The notes: generated from the sequence alone by a model not told the origin. Positions 8,484 through 17,325 are shown, counted from the stretch's first letter. The stretch is DNA of 33,166 nt from Clostridium sp. (GCF_040797585.1 NZ_JBFNEO010000001.1:1-33166); one strand, 5' to 3'. Translations and numbers: made by a program.

Positions 8484-9785
8484 TTATTCAACCTCTAATC
8501 TTCTACTTAATTTATGATCTACTGTTCTGAAGATGTGATCTGTTGCATGGTATACACCTACGCCCATCTTTGGAGCACAATTCATAACAGTATTTGAACA
8601 ATCGCTACAGTTAGATATTAATATTCTTTCTGCACCCATTTTCTTTAGCTGCAAAACTACAGCTGTTTGACCTGGTCAGTCACCTGGTGTCTTACATTTT
8701 AAAGCTGTTTTTATGTGTTCTACATTTTTACATTCCACAGCTCCAACTACTTCTGAATTCATTTTTCCAGCAATTTCTCTTAATCTATCTTCATTTGCAC
8801 CACAAGCACAAACTAATAATCCAAGCTTTCCTTTAAATTCTGGAAGTTCTATAGTTGGTATTGCTCCTCCTGAAGTTTTAGTGACATGGGCATCTTTAAG
8901 GTTGTCTGATTTACCAGTATATGGTCCACCTATAACAAGCTCTCCATATGCACCGTCAATTCCTCCAGCTCTTTCTATAAGCTCTTCTACCTTACTTCCT
9001 ACTGGAACATCGAAGAAAACAACTGTTTCTTTTCCACTCTTAAGCTTTCCAGCTACTGAGAAGTCTTTGTCTATAACTGGTTTCCTATCTTCAACTGCTC
9101 TCTTTATATTTGCAAGAGTTTCAGTATTTAAAACTACACATTTAGCTTCTAATGGAAGTTGGTCTGGTCTTAACCACTGTCCAAATATTCCATTTATAAG
9201 AGCTCTCTCTTCTCCCATTGGATATAAATCTTGAAGCTCTTTAACTTCTATATCATTTATTCCATTTAATGCTTTATTTAAAGATTCTATTGCTTTTTTA
9301 TTTTTTATCTTTATTCCTATGTATGCCTTTGGAGCTTTTGTAGCTTCCATTGCATATCTTATACCCTTTATAACTATCTCTGGATTCTCTTCTAAAAGTC
9401 TTACATTGTGCTTTAATAATGGTTCGCACTCAACACAGTTTGCTATTATATAACCATCTGGAATCTCAGCTTTAAGTTTTACATGGGCTGGAAAGCCTGC
9501 TCCACCTGCTCCTACTATTCCTGCTTCGAATACATAGTCTATAACTGAATTGCATTCCTTTATCTTTACATAATCCTTGCTTTGATTATCATCAGCCAAA
9601 ATTATTATTTCACTTTCATTAACCTTTGATACCACTCCAGTAACACTTGTATGTATCTTAGCCCCTAAACCTTTAGTTGGCTCTGCTATACATTCCCCTC
9701 TTTGAACCTTAGTACCTTCCTTCACAATTGGTTCACACGGTGCACCTACGTGCATCTTTAGAGGAAACTTGAACATCTTGTCCAT
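8484..9785 (-). CDS. prdC: Proline reductase-associated electron transfer protein PrdC (RnfC-like), 433 aa with probable Sec at codon 370 (UGA 8676-8678)
   Basis: RnfC motifs HVGAP, AGIVGAGGAGFP, CVECEP and YPMGEE. The frame stays open past the TGA: KCKTPGD-U-PGQTAVVLQLKKMGAERILISNCSDCSNTVMNCAPKMGVGVYHATDHIFRTVDHKLSRRLEVE to TAA at 8484-8486, just before the prdA RBS. Confidence 0.9.
8647..8664 (-). promoter_or_regulatory. SECIS-like hairpin of prdC
   Basis: Begins exactly 11 nt after the UGA: AGCTGTA-GTTT-TGCAGCT (7-bp stem, loop starting GU). Confidence 0.72.
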
Positions 9786-9820
9786 GTACTCACCTCCGAT
9801 TGAATTACAATATTATTTAT

Positions 9821-9837
9821 AGCAACTATCGTGCCAA
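9821..9837 (-). promoter_or_regulatory. Sigma-54 (SigL) -24/-12 promoter of the prd operon
   Basis: TTGGCACGATAGTTGCT matches TGGCAC-N5-TTGC. It lies about 35 nt upstream of the prdC ATG, next to a sigma-54 activator gene. Confidence 0.93.
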
Positions 9838-9925
9838 GTTTATAAATATCGAAAAAAATTATTATACTTCCCTTTAGAATAGGTATGTGCAATAGTAAAG
9901 ATTTTTATTCAAAATTTAAATTCCA

Positions 9926-10072
9926 AATATAAAATTCAACAAAAGCGTTGAATTTTAGACACTTTTTTTCGCCATGTTTTGTTAAGAATATGTCAATCCA
10001 TTGCGAATTATCGCCTAACCATATTTTTCTATGGATTGTCAAAAAACAAACACACCTGTCAAATTATTGACA
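9926..10072. promoter_or_regulatory. Candidate PrdR upstream activator sequences
   Basis: 16-bp TGT-N10-ACA-like sites at 9946-9961, 10037-10052 and 10057-10072, plus an 11-bp inverted repeat at 9930-9957. Confidence 0.5.
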
Positions 10073-10077
10073 GGTGT
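10041..10077 (-). terminator. Terminator overlapping the prdR stop codon
   Basis: Minus strand ACACCTGTCAA-TAAT-TTGACAGGTGT followed by GTTTGTTTTTT. The TAA stop is in the loop. Confidence 0.65.
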
Positions 10078-11836
10078 CTATAAGTCCATATTGTTTTAAT
10101 TTATAATATAATGTAGTTCTTTTAATTTTTAATATCTCAGCAGCCTTTGCTTTATTCCCCTTAGTTATTTCCATAACCTCTTTAATTATATTATATTCAA
10201 GGGTTTTAACCCTTTCTTCTATATTGTATTTATCATCTTTATCTATCTCTATTTTTTCTTTAACCTTAGAGTTATTAAGGATATATTCAGGTATACTATT
10301 TATAGATATATGCCCCTTATTAGAGAGTACTACCATTCTTTGAATTACATTTTTTAACTCTCTTATATTTCCTTCCCATGTATAGTTTAAAAGGATTTCA
10401 TATATTTCATCATCTATATCATTAATTAAAATACCTTCATATTTTGATATGTTATTAACAAAATAATTGATTAATTCCTTAATATCTTCTTTTCTTTCTC
10501 TAAGGGACGGAAGTTCTAACTGAACAACTGCTAATCTATAAAATAGATCATCTCTAAAAGTCTTATCCTTTATAGCTTCTCTTAAATTCTTATTTGTAGC
10601 TGCAATTATTCTAGTATTAGTATGAATAGCTTTTTCACTACCTAATCTATATACAATACCATCTTGAAGAACTCTTAAGAGCTTACTTTGCATACCAATT
10701 GGCATATCTCCTATCTCATCTAAAAATAAAGTTCCATTATTAGCAAATTCAAACATACCAATTTTACCTTTTTTCACTGCTCCAGTAAATGCACCTTCCA
10801 CATATCCAAAAAGCTCACTTTCAAGAAGATGCTCTGGTATAGCACTACAGTTAACTGCTACAAACTGTCCTTGTCTTCCACTAGCTTCATGAATTGCCTT
10901 TGCAAAAACCTCTTTTCCAGTTCCACTCTCTCCTGTTATAAGAACTGATGCAGTTGTTGATGCCACCTTTTGACAAAGGGCTATAGCATCTATCATTTTT
11001 TTACTTTTCCCTATTATATGAGAAAACTTATAGTTATTGGCAATCTCTCTATTATACGCATTGCTTAAAAGTTCCACTTTCTCATTTGCACTCTCTAGTT
11101 CCTTAGATAATGCAACTACCTCAGTTATATCTCTATCTGTAGATACAACTGCAATAATTTGCTGTTTAGAATTATATATAGGAACTGCGCTTAATATAAC
11201 TGACTTTCCCTTTATAGGTTCATGTCTTATATTTTCTATAATTTCTCCATCTTTTAAGGCTTTTAAAATTATTGCATTAGTAAAATGATTTTCTATAGGT
11301 CTTCCAATAACATCTTTTGCTTTTAGTTTGTAAAGCTTTTCTGCACTCTTGTTCCAATAGCTTACTACACCTTTTTCATCACATATGCATACTGCCTCAT
11401 GGATATTATCTAAAATATTATTTTGTAGATCAAACATCTCATCTATTTTTAAATAAAAAGTATCTCTAAGATTATTAGAAGTTATAACTCCTATAACCTT
11501 ATCATCTTTTACTACTGGTATTCTTCCAATACCCTTATCAACCATAATATCTCTAGCTACTCTTGCAGATTCATCCGGTCCTATGGTTATTAGACTCTCT
11601 ATCATGTGATCCTTCATAGAATCTTTCATAGAATCATTTTTTCTTGATACTCTAGCTAAATCTTTTCTTGTAAACATTCCACGTAGTTTATCATATTTAT
11701 CTACAACAATAACTTCATCTAGATTATTATTTATAATAAGATCTGCTATATCACTTAAATTACTCTTTTCTTCTACTTTTACAAAATTTACATTCATTAT
11801 ATCCTTTACTCTATAAAGTAACTCAGATAAATTCAT
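10064..11836 (-). CDS. prdR: Sigma-54-dependent activator PrdR (CBS pair-PAS-AAA+-Fis HTH)
   Basis: Walker [29 protein letters not shown]-terminal [21 protein letters not shown]-terminal CBS and PAS domains. Upstream of prdC. Confidence 0.93.
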   Translation of the reverse strand: MNLSELLYRVKDIMNVNFVKVEEKSNLSDIADLIINNNLDEVIVVDKYDKLRGMFTRKDLARVSRKNDSMKDSMKDHMIESLITIGPDESARVARDIMVDKGIGRIPVVKDDKVIGVITSNNLRDTFYLKIDEMFDLQNNILDNIHEAVCICDEKGVVSYWNKSAEKLYKLKAKDVIGRPIENHFTNAIILKALKDGEIIENIRHEPIKGKSVILSAVPIYNSKQQIIAVVSTDRDITEVVALSKELESANEKVELLSNAYNREIANNYKFSHIIGKSKKMIDAIALCQKVASTTASVLITGESGTGKEVFAKAIHEASGRQGQFVAVNCSAIPEHLLESELFGYVEGAFTGAVKKGKIGMFEFANNGTLFLDEIGDMPIGMQSKLLRVLQDGIVYRLGSEKAIHTNTRIIAATNKNLREAIKDKTFRDDLFYRLAVVQLELPSLRERKEDIKELINYFVNNISKYEGILINDIDDEIYEILLNYTWEGNIRELKNVIQRMVVLSNKGHISINSIPEYILNNSKVKEKIEIDKDDKYNIEERVKTLEYNIIKEVMEITKGNKAKAAEILKIKRTTLYYKLKQYGLIDTCQ

Positions 11837-11850
11837 TTAAATCTCCACCT

Positions 11851-12366
11851 TTATTTTCTAAGACCATAACCTCCATAGACTACTTTTGTATCATTTATAG
11901 ATACTACACAATTGTAGCTGGACTCTTCTAATAATGACAATATCTCATTCTTTCTCTTTCTTTTTAAGTGTACTATTAGCATTTTTTTATGCTCAATCTT
12001 ACCTTCACCATCCATTGTGGTGACCCCTACTTGCTTTTCACGAAGCATAGAAGCTATGGCATCGCCTTGTTCCTTGGATGCTATTATATTTAAGGTTATT
12101 AGCCCTAAAGCTAATTTCTCCTCAATCATAGATCCTACATAGTTTCCAAGAGAAAACCCAAGAGAATAAAATATTACCTTAATAGGATCCTCAGTTACAT
12201 TAGAAATAATGGCTCCTATTAAGTAAAGCCAAATTACAACTTCAACAAATCCAATCACTGAGCCCCAGAACTTTTCTCCTCTAGTTATAAGAACTGTCCT
12301 AACTGTTGCTAATGAAACCTCTAAAATCTTAGCAAAAAAGATAGCAAAATAACTAAGTATAACCAT
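11851..12366 (-). CDS. DUF2179/UPF0316-like membrane protein
   Basis: Three N-terminal TM segments (AKILEVSLATVR...GFVEVVIW...GFSLGNYVG) plus a soluble C-terminal domain. GGAGGGG RBS, 14 nt upstream of prdR. Confidence 0.8.
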   Translation of the reverse strand: MVILSYFAIFFAKILEVSLATVRTVLITRGEKFWGSVIGFVEVVIWLYLIGAIISNVTEDPIKVIFYSLGFSLGNYVGSMIEEKLALGLITLNIIASKEQGDAIASMLREKQVGVTTMDGEGKIEHKKMLIVHLKRKRKNEILSLLEESSYNCVVSINDTKVVYGGYGLRK

Positions 12367-12716
12367 GAATCCCCCTCCATACTTAAAAGCATTTGTTATA
12401 TTTTGTCCATTAAAATATTATTCTATATATAATTAATCTATCCTAAAATCCTATTATAAAAGGTTCGTATAATTCCTCTTTTATAATTAAAATAACTAAC
12501 TATAAATGGACATACTAAATAGAATACACTATCTTTTTATTAGCATACCCTACATTCCGCTCTTAATTTAATATTTTTACATTTTTCTCTGTTTATTTTA
12601 TTAAATTATTAATTTTGCTACAGAATTAATAATTATTCGTGTAATTTTCTTTATATATTTTCTTATTTCTTCTATTTAATTATACTATTTAAAGATAAAT
12701 ACTTTTTTTAATACAC

Positions 12717-12745
12717 TTGACAACCACTACCTTATATTATATGAT
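12717..12745 (+). promoter_or_regulatory. SigA promoter of the T-box/proS transcript
   Basis: TTGACA-17 nt-TATGAT. Confidence 0.8.
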
Positions 12746-12772
12746 ATATGCATAAAAATTTAACACTTTATA

Positions 12773-13008
12773 AACTATGATAAGGACTAGTAAAAAATCA
12801 CTATTTTTTAAGAGAGGGAATAATTTTGGTGAAATATTCCTAAAAATAAATTTTTGAACCTACCTTGGAGTTCTGTAGTGAATAAGCTACAGCGGTTTTT
12901 ACCGTTACATATTCTAAAGCCGAATATAACTTATTTAGTTATATTAACTAGGGTGGTACCGCCGATATTTAAGCCTCGGTCCCTTTATTGGGATTGAAGG
13001 CTTTTTTT
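12773..13008 (+). promoter_or_regulatory. Proline T-box riboswitch with terminator
   Basis: AGTA box, AGAGA box, GGTGAA, specifier GAA-CCT (Pro codon, 12859-12861), T-box AACTAGGGTGGTACCGC (12946-12962), terminator AAGCCTCGGTCCC...GGGATTGAAGGCTTTTTTT. Confidence 0.93.
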
Positions 13009-13133
13009 ATATTTAAAAATCTTTTCGTTAAGTCTAGGGGAACATTAAAACTTCTTTTAGAAAAGATTCATTTTATGTAAAAATATATTAATCTTAATCA
13101 ATTATATTTGTTATTATTTAAGGAGGTATTAAT

Positions 13134-14573
13134 ATGTCAAAAGATAAGAAGTTAGTTGAAGCAATTACTTCTATGGATGTGGATTTTACTCAATGGTACA
13201 CTGATGTTGTTAAAAAAGCTGAGCTTGTGGATTATGCTCCTGTTAGAGGATGTATGGTAATAAGACCTTACGGTTATGCTATATGGGAAAATATTCAAAA
13301 GACATTAGATGGAAAATTTAAAGAAACAGGTCATGAAAATGTATATATGCCACTTTTAATACCAGAAAGCCTACTAAAAAAGGAAGCTGATCACGTAGAA
13401 GGTTTTGCTCCTGAGGTTGCTTGGGTTACACATGGTGGTTCTGAGGAACTTACAGAAAGGTTATGTGTAAGACCTACTTCTGAGGTTCTATTCTGTGATC
13501 ATTATAGCAATGTAATTCAGTCTTATAAGGATCTTCCAAAGTTATATAATCAATGGTGTTCAGTTATAAGATGGGAAAAGACTACTAGACCATTTTTAAG
13601 AAACCTTGAATTCTTATGGCAAGAAGGTCATACAATGCATGCCACTAGAGAGGAAGCTGAAGAGGAGACTCTAAAGATTTTAGACATATATGCAAACTTC
13701 TGTGAAGAAACCTTAGCAATTCCTGTAGTTAAAGGAAAGAAAACAGAGAAAGAAAAATTTGCTGGTGCTCTAGCTACTTATACTATAGAAAGCTTAATGC
13801 ATGATGGTAAGGCTCTTCAATGTGGTACATCTCATAACTTCGGAGATGGTTTTGCTAAAGCTTTTGATGTAACCTTTACTGATAAGGATGGAAAAATAAA
13901 GCACTGCTTCCAAACTTCTTGGGGAGTTTCTACTAGAATTATGGGAGCTATAATAATGGTTCATGGAGATGATAATGGTCTTGTTCTTCCTCCAAGAATA
14001 GCTCCAACAGAAGTTGTAATAATTCCTGTTGCTATGCATAAGGAAGGAGTTCTTGAAAAAGCTACAGAACTTAAAGACAAATTAAGTAAGTCTCTAAGAG
14101 TTAAATTAGATAGCTCTGATAAGAGTCCTGGTTGGAAATTCTCTGAATACGAAATGAAGGGGGTTCCTCTAAGACTTGAAATAGGACCAAAGGATATTGA
14201 GAAAAATCAATGTGTTCTTGTTAGACGTGATACAAGAGAAAAAATCTTTGTATCCCTTGATGATTTAGAAACAGAAATCCCAAGAATACTAGATGAAATC
14301 CATAATTCATTACTTGAAAAAGCAAGAACTTCTCAAAATAGTAAGACTTCTGATGCTAAAAACTTAGATGAGTTTAAAGAGAGTCTTGACACACAACCTG
14401 GTTTCGTTCGTGCTATGTGGTGTGGTGATGTAGAATGTGAAAATAAGATTAAAGAAGTTGTAGCTGCTACTTCTAGATGTATGCCATTCCATGATACTGA
14501 AAGAATATCTGAAACTTGTGTTTGCTGTGGAAAAGAAGCTAAGTCCTTAGTTTATTGGGGTCGTGCTTATTAA
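13134..14573 (+). CDS. proS: Proline--tRNA ligase, archaeal/eukaryotic type (no INS editing domain)
   Basis: [47 protein letters not shown]-terminal Cys cluster ending GRAY. AAGGAGG RBS and Pro T-box. Confidence 0.97.
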   Translation: MSKDKKLVEAITSMDVDFTQWYTDVVKKAELVDYAPVRGCMVIRPYGYAIWENIQKTLDGKFKETGHENVYMPLLIPESLLKKEADHVEGFAPEVAWVTHGGSEELTERLCVRPTSEVLFCDHYSNVIQSYKDLPKLYNQWCSVIRWEKTTRPFLRNLEFLWQEGHTMHATREEAEEETLKILDIYANFCEETLAIPVVKGKKTEKEKFAGALATYTIESLMHDGKALQCGTSHNFGDGFAKAFDVTFTDKDGKIKHCFQTSWGVSTRIMGAIIMVHGDDNGLVLPPRIAPTEVVIIPVAMHKEGVLEKATELKDKLSKSLRVKLDSSDKSPGWKFSEYEMKGVPLRLEIGPKDIEKNQCVLVRRDTREKIFVSLDDLETEIPRILDEIHNSLLEKARTSQNSKTSDAKNLDEFKESLDTQPGFVRAMWCGDVECENKIKEVVAATSRCMPFHDTERISETCVCCGKEAKSLVYWGRAY

Positions 14574-14589
14574 TATAATTATACTGAAG

Positions 14590-14624
14590 AATGTGTGGTA
14601 GTTTATAGCTACTACACATTTTTT
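14590..14624 (+). terminator. proS terminator
   Basis: AATGTGTGGTAG...CTACTACACATT followed by TTTT. Confidence 0.8.
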
Positions 14625-14636
14625 ATTATACTACCC

Positions 14637-14770
14637 TTTATCTGATGGCTAGTAGCTGTAACACCCACTTCTCTTAAAAGGTGGGTGATAACAGCTACTA
14701 CTCCCCTAGATTAACTCATCTAACCTTCAGATGGTGGAAAGAATACCATCTGAGGAAAGATTCGTTCTAT
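14637..14770 (+). repeat. Dispersed structured intergenic repeat, copy 2 (most intact)
   Basis: TTTATCTGATGGC leader. Hairpin 1: TAGTAGCTGT/ACAGCTACTA with CACCCAC/GTGGGTG. Hairpin 2: TCAGATGGT/ACCATCTGA. Tail AAAGATTCGTTCTAT. Confidence 0.75.
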
Positions 14771-14797
14771 AACTTCTCAGCCTACTTTACCATAAGT

Positions 14798-14826
14798 AAC
14801 AAATATACCATATAATTCATATTATA
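14798..14826 (+). promoter_or_regulatory. SigK-like (late mother-cell) promoter
   Basis: AACA-16 nt-CATATTATA fits the AC(A)-N16-CATA-NNN-TA consensus, 30 nt before the ATG. Confidence 0.5.
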
Positions 14827-14856
14827 TGTAGTGTAAATAATTCTTAGGAGTATTAT

Positions 14857-15477
14857 ATGAACTTTTTTTATCCTGATGATTTAGATGAGTTCAATGGTGT
14901 TAGATTTTTTAGAGAATATGAGGGAGATGTTGGAGAATACGAGATTGAAGTTTCAAATCCCAATAAGCAAAATTTTCACATGATGAATAATAGAGCTAGA
15001 GGATTTATGCCACCACGCCCACCAAGTGGAAGGCCTCCTGATCAGACGCCTCCTGGCGGAATGACTCCTGGTCAAATGCCTCCTGGTGGGATGGCTCCTG
15101 GTCAAATGCCTCCTGGTGGGATGGCTCCTGGTCAAATGCCTCCTGGTGGGATGGCTCCTGGTCAGATGTCTCCTGGCGGAATGACCCCTGGTGGTAGTTC
15201 TTCTCAAGCACCTCAGTCTCCTCCACCTCCTTTTACCCCAACTAAAACACAAAGTGGAGTAAAATCTATGGGTCCAGGTGCTAAAGCAATAGATACTGGT
15301 TCTATAAGACCTTGCCTATATAGATATACTTATATTTGGCAATCTAATGGACGAGGGTATTGGGCATATCTAACCTATGTAGGACCAAAATCTATAGCTG
15401 GCTGGAGATGGATGGGATGGAGATGGGTTTATTTCGGTCTAGATCTAAACAGAATTGATAGTTTTTACTGCGTTTAG
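14857..15477 (+). CDS. Pro/Gly/Met-repeat protein with aromatic-rich C-terminal domain; possible spore coat protein
   Basis: AGGAG RBS, xPGxM repeats, C-terminal AIDTGSIRPCLYRYTYIWQSNGRGYWAYLTYVG...AGWRW domain. Function is inferred only from the SigK-like promoter and composition. Confidence 0.7.
   Translation: MNFFYPDDLDEFNGVRFFREYEGDVGEYEIEVSNPNKQNFHMMNNRARGFMPPRPPSGRPPDQTPPGGMTPGQMPPGGMAPGQMPPGGMAPGQMPPGGMAPGQMSPGGMTPGGSSSQAPQSPPPPFTPTKTQSGVKSMGPGAKAIDTGSIRPCLYRYTYIWQSNGRGYWAYLTYVGPKSIAGWRWMGWRWVYFGLDLNRIDSFYCV
15034..15195 (+). repeat. Intragenic tandem repeat, 30-bp unit made of two 15-bp subunits
   Basis: CCTCCTGGTGGGATGGCTCCTGGTCAAATG repeated about 5 times. Central copies are identical, outer ones diverged. 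Confidence 0.95.
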
Positions 15478-15495
15478 ATACTTAAAATTAAATTT

Positions 15496-15550
15496 AAATA
15501 GACTTTATTACTAAATAACTGAATAATTTTTAGTAATAAAGTCTTTATTT
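15496..15550. terminator. Bidirectional terminator between convergent genes
   Basis: Perfect 16-bp inverted repeat AGACTTTATTACTAAA (15500-15515) / TTTAGTAATAAAGTCT (15529-15544), with A/T-rich flanks. Confidence 0.75.
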
Positions 15551-15556
15551 ATTAAG

Positions 15557-16177
15557 CTATATATTATTTATATAATTACTTACATTATTAATCACATTAT
15601 AATCTCCCACCACAAGAATTGTATCTCCTTCTTCTATAGTAGCATAAGGCCCTGGAGATATTATAAGATTTTCTTCTCTTCTAATTCCAACAATCGTTCC
15701 ACCAGTATTTTGCCAGAACTTAAGATCTTTTATTGTATCTCCGCTTTTCTTCCATGGTTTTGGTATTTGAACTTCTACAGTATTTAATGGATTTACATTC
15801 TTAAGTCTATCTGATAAATCTGTTATCCTATTTACTAATTCATTTACCTCTCCATCTATCTCCCTTTTTTTATTAATCAATGCTTCTAATTGATTTTTCA
15901 TTATGCCAAGGCTCTCTACATCTTGAAACCTTTCTATAAAAGAATAGGCTTTATCCTTAGATAATACAGTTATTCCACTTCCCTTAGATACTGTCAATAC
16001 ATTCATATCTTCAAGAAGCTTTATAGATCTTCTTATTGTCTCTGGAGATACATTATATTCCCCCGCTAAGGTAGACCTACCATGAATTTTTTCCCCCTCA
16101 TTTATTGATCCATGGTATATTCTATTTGCAATATCCACAGCTATTTGTTTATATCTTGGAGAAACTACTTTATACAA
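15557..16177 (-). CDS. GntR-family regulator with C-terminal RCK_C (TrkA-C) domain, BusR-like
   Basis: PRYKQIAVDIANRI...GRSTLAGEYNVSPETIRR wHTH, a coiled coil, then LKFWQNTGGTIVGIRR...SPGPYA RCK_C. TTG start with GGGGGGAG RBS. Confidence 0.88.
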   Translation of the reverse strand: MYKVVSPRYKQIAVDIANRIYHGSINEGEKIHGRSTLAGEYNVSPETIRRSIKLLEDMNVLTVSKGSGITVLSKDKAYSFIERFQDVESLGIMKNQLEALINKKREIDGEVNELVNRITDLSDRLKNVNPLNTVEVQIPKPWKKSGDTIKDLKFWQNTGGTIVGIRREENLIISPGPYATIEEGDTILVVGDYNVINNVSNYINNI

Positions 16178-16289
16178 TTTTTCTCCCCCCTATGATAATT
16201 ATGTATATTTCATCTCATTATTTTACATATTAAGAATAACATAAATATCTCAATAAACAACTACTTTTGTTAAAATTTACATACTTTTT

Positions 16290-16318
16290 TTGACAACTAA
16301 AAACTTGTATATTATAAT
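16290..16318 (+). promoter_or_regulatory. Consensus SigA promoter of ceo
   Basis: TTGACA-17 nt-TATAAT. Confidence 0.85.
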
Positions 16319-16362
16319 TAAGTTGTTACTATTCGTTGTAAAAAAGAAAGGAGCGTGAATTA

Positions 16363-17301
16363 TTGAAGCTAGGATTTATAATTCCAAATCACCCACAAGA
16401 ACGTCGCGTAGCACTTTTACCAGAGGACATATACAATTTTGAAAATCAAATCTTCATAGAAAAAGGATTTGGAAACCCCTTAGGTATAGATGATGAAGAG
16501 TATGAGAAAAAGGGATGTTCTGTTCTAAGTAAAGAAGAAATATTCAAAACCTGTGATGGCATATTCTCATTGAAAAATATAAAAAAAGATGACTATCATC
16601 TTATTAAAAATGAACAGATAATAATAGGTTGGACTCATCCTTACGGTTCAGGTCGTGATTTCATGAAAGACATTGCAATTCCTAAAGATCTTTTAGTAGT
16701 TGATCTTGATAATATCCACCCTGCAGTATTCTATAAAAATCATGAACTTCCCTTAAACTGGGTACCAAAAAACTTTATTTATGAAAATAGCTTCATTGCA
16801 GGATATTCTTCAACTATCCATGGACTTTTAAGCCACGGATTAATACCTAATAGTGACACTAACGTGGCAATTTTAGGTTCTGGTAATGCCTCCCAAGGAG
16901 CTTTCAAGGCAATTTCTATGTTTAATGTAAACTTAAGAATGTTCTATAGAAAAACTATGGATGAATTCTATGATAACATAAATAATTTCCATATAATAAT
17001 AAACGGAATAGAAATTGAACCAGGTAGTAATCCTATAATATCTAATGAAGATAAAAAGCATCTAAAAAAAGGTGCACTAATTATAGATGCAGCTGCCTGT
17101 GCTGGTAGAACCATCGAAGGTTCAAAACACACCTCTTATGAAAAACCTCTATATATGGAAGACGGGGTTTATTATTATGCAATAAACAACTCACCTTCTA
17201 TATTTTACAGAGAGTCTAGTAAATTTATAAGCAAATCCTTTAGTAAATACATCTATTCTAAGGATCTTAATGTTTATAGAGAAATGTGTATAGATCTTTA
17301 A
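16363..17301 (+). CDS. ceo: N5-(carboxyethyl)ornithine synthase (AlaDH/PNT superfamily)
   Basis: ERRVALLP, IEKGFG, IIGWTHP, ENSFIAGY, AILGSGNASQGA Rossmann motif, IIDAA, NNSPS. 312 aa, AAAGGAG RBS. Confidence 0.85.
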   Translation: MKLGFIIPNHPQERRVALLPEDIYNFENQIFIEKGFGNPLGIDDEEYEKKGCSVLSKEEIFKTCDGIFSLKNIKKDDYHLIKNEQIIIGWTHPYGSGRDFMKDIAIPKDLLVVDLDNIHPAVFYKNHELPLNWVPKNFIYENSFIAGYSSTIHGLLSHGLIPNSDTNVAILGSGNASQGAFKAISMFNVNLRMFYRKTMDEFYDNINNFHIIINGIEIEPGSNPIISNEDKKHLKKGALIIDAAACAGRTIEGSKHTSYEKPLYMEDGVYYYAINNSPSIFYRESSKFISKSFSKYIYSKDLNVYREMCIDL

Positions 17302-17325
17302 TATTTTCACCCCATTTTTTACCAC

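Noticed and set aside
2274-9234. Long + strand ORFs opposite prd genes (e.g. 7840-8517, 8713-9234, 3396-3794)
   Set aside because: Antisense shadows of strongly biased coding sequence; Ser/Pro/Ile-rich with no RBS or motifs.
8676-9785. prdC as a truncated pseudogene or a 369-aa protein
   Set aside because: The stop is UGA in a Cys-type motif context, the downstream frame is intact and fills the gap to prdA, and a correctly spaced SECIS-like hairpin follows.
9979-9996. Rex operator TTGTTAAGAATATGTCAA upstream of prdC
   Set aside because: One perfect half-site but only 4 of 7 in the other; too weak in AT-rich DNA without a matrix score.
14953-15252. Minus-strand repetitive ORFs (RRHLTRSHPT and QEAFDQEPSH repeats)
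   Set aside because: Alternative frames of the 30-bp tandem repeat; the + strand gene has the RBS and a plausible C-terminal domain.
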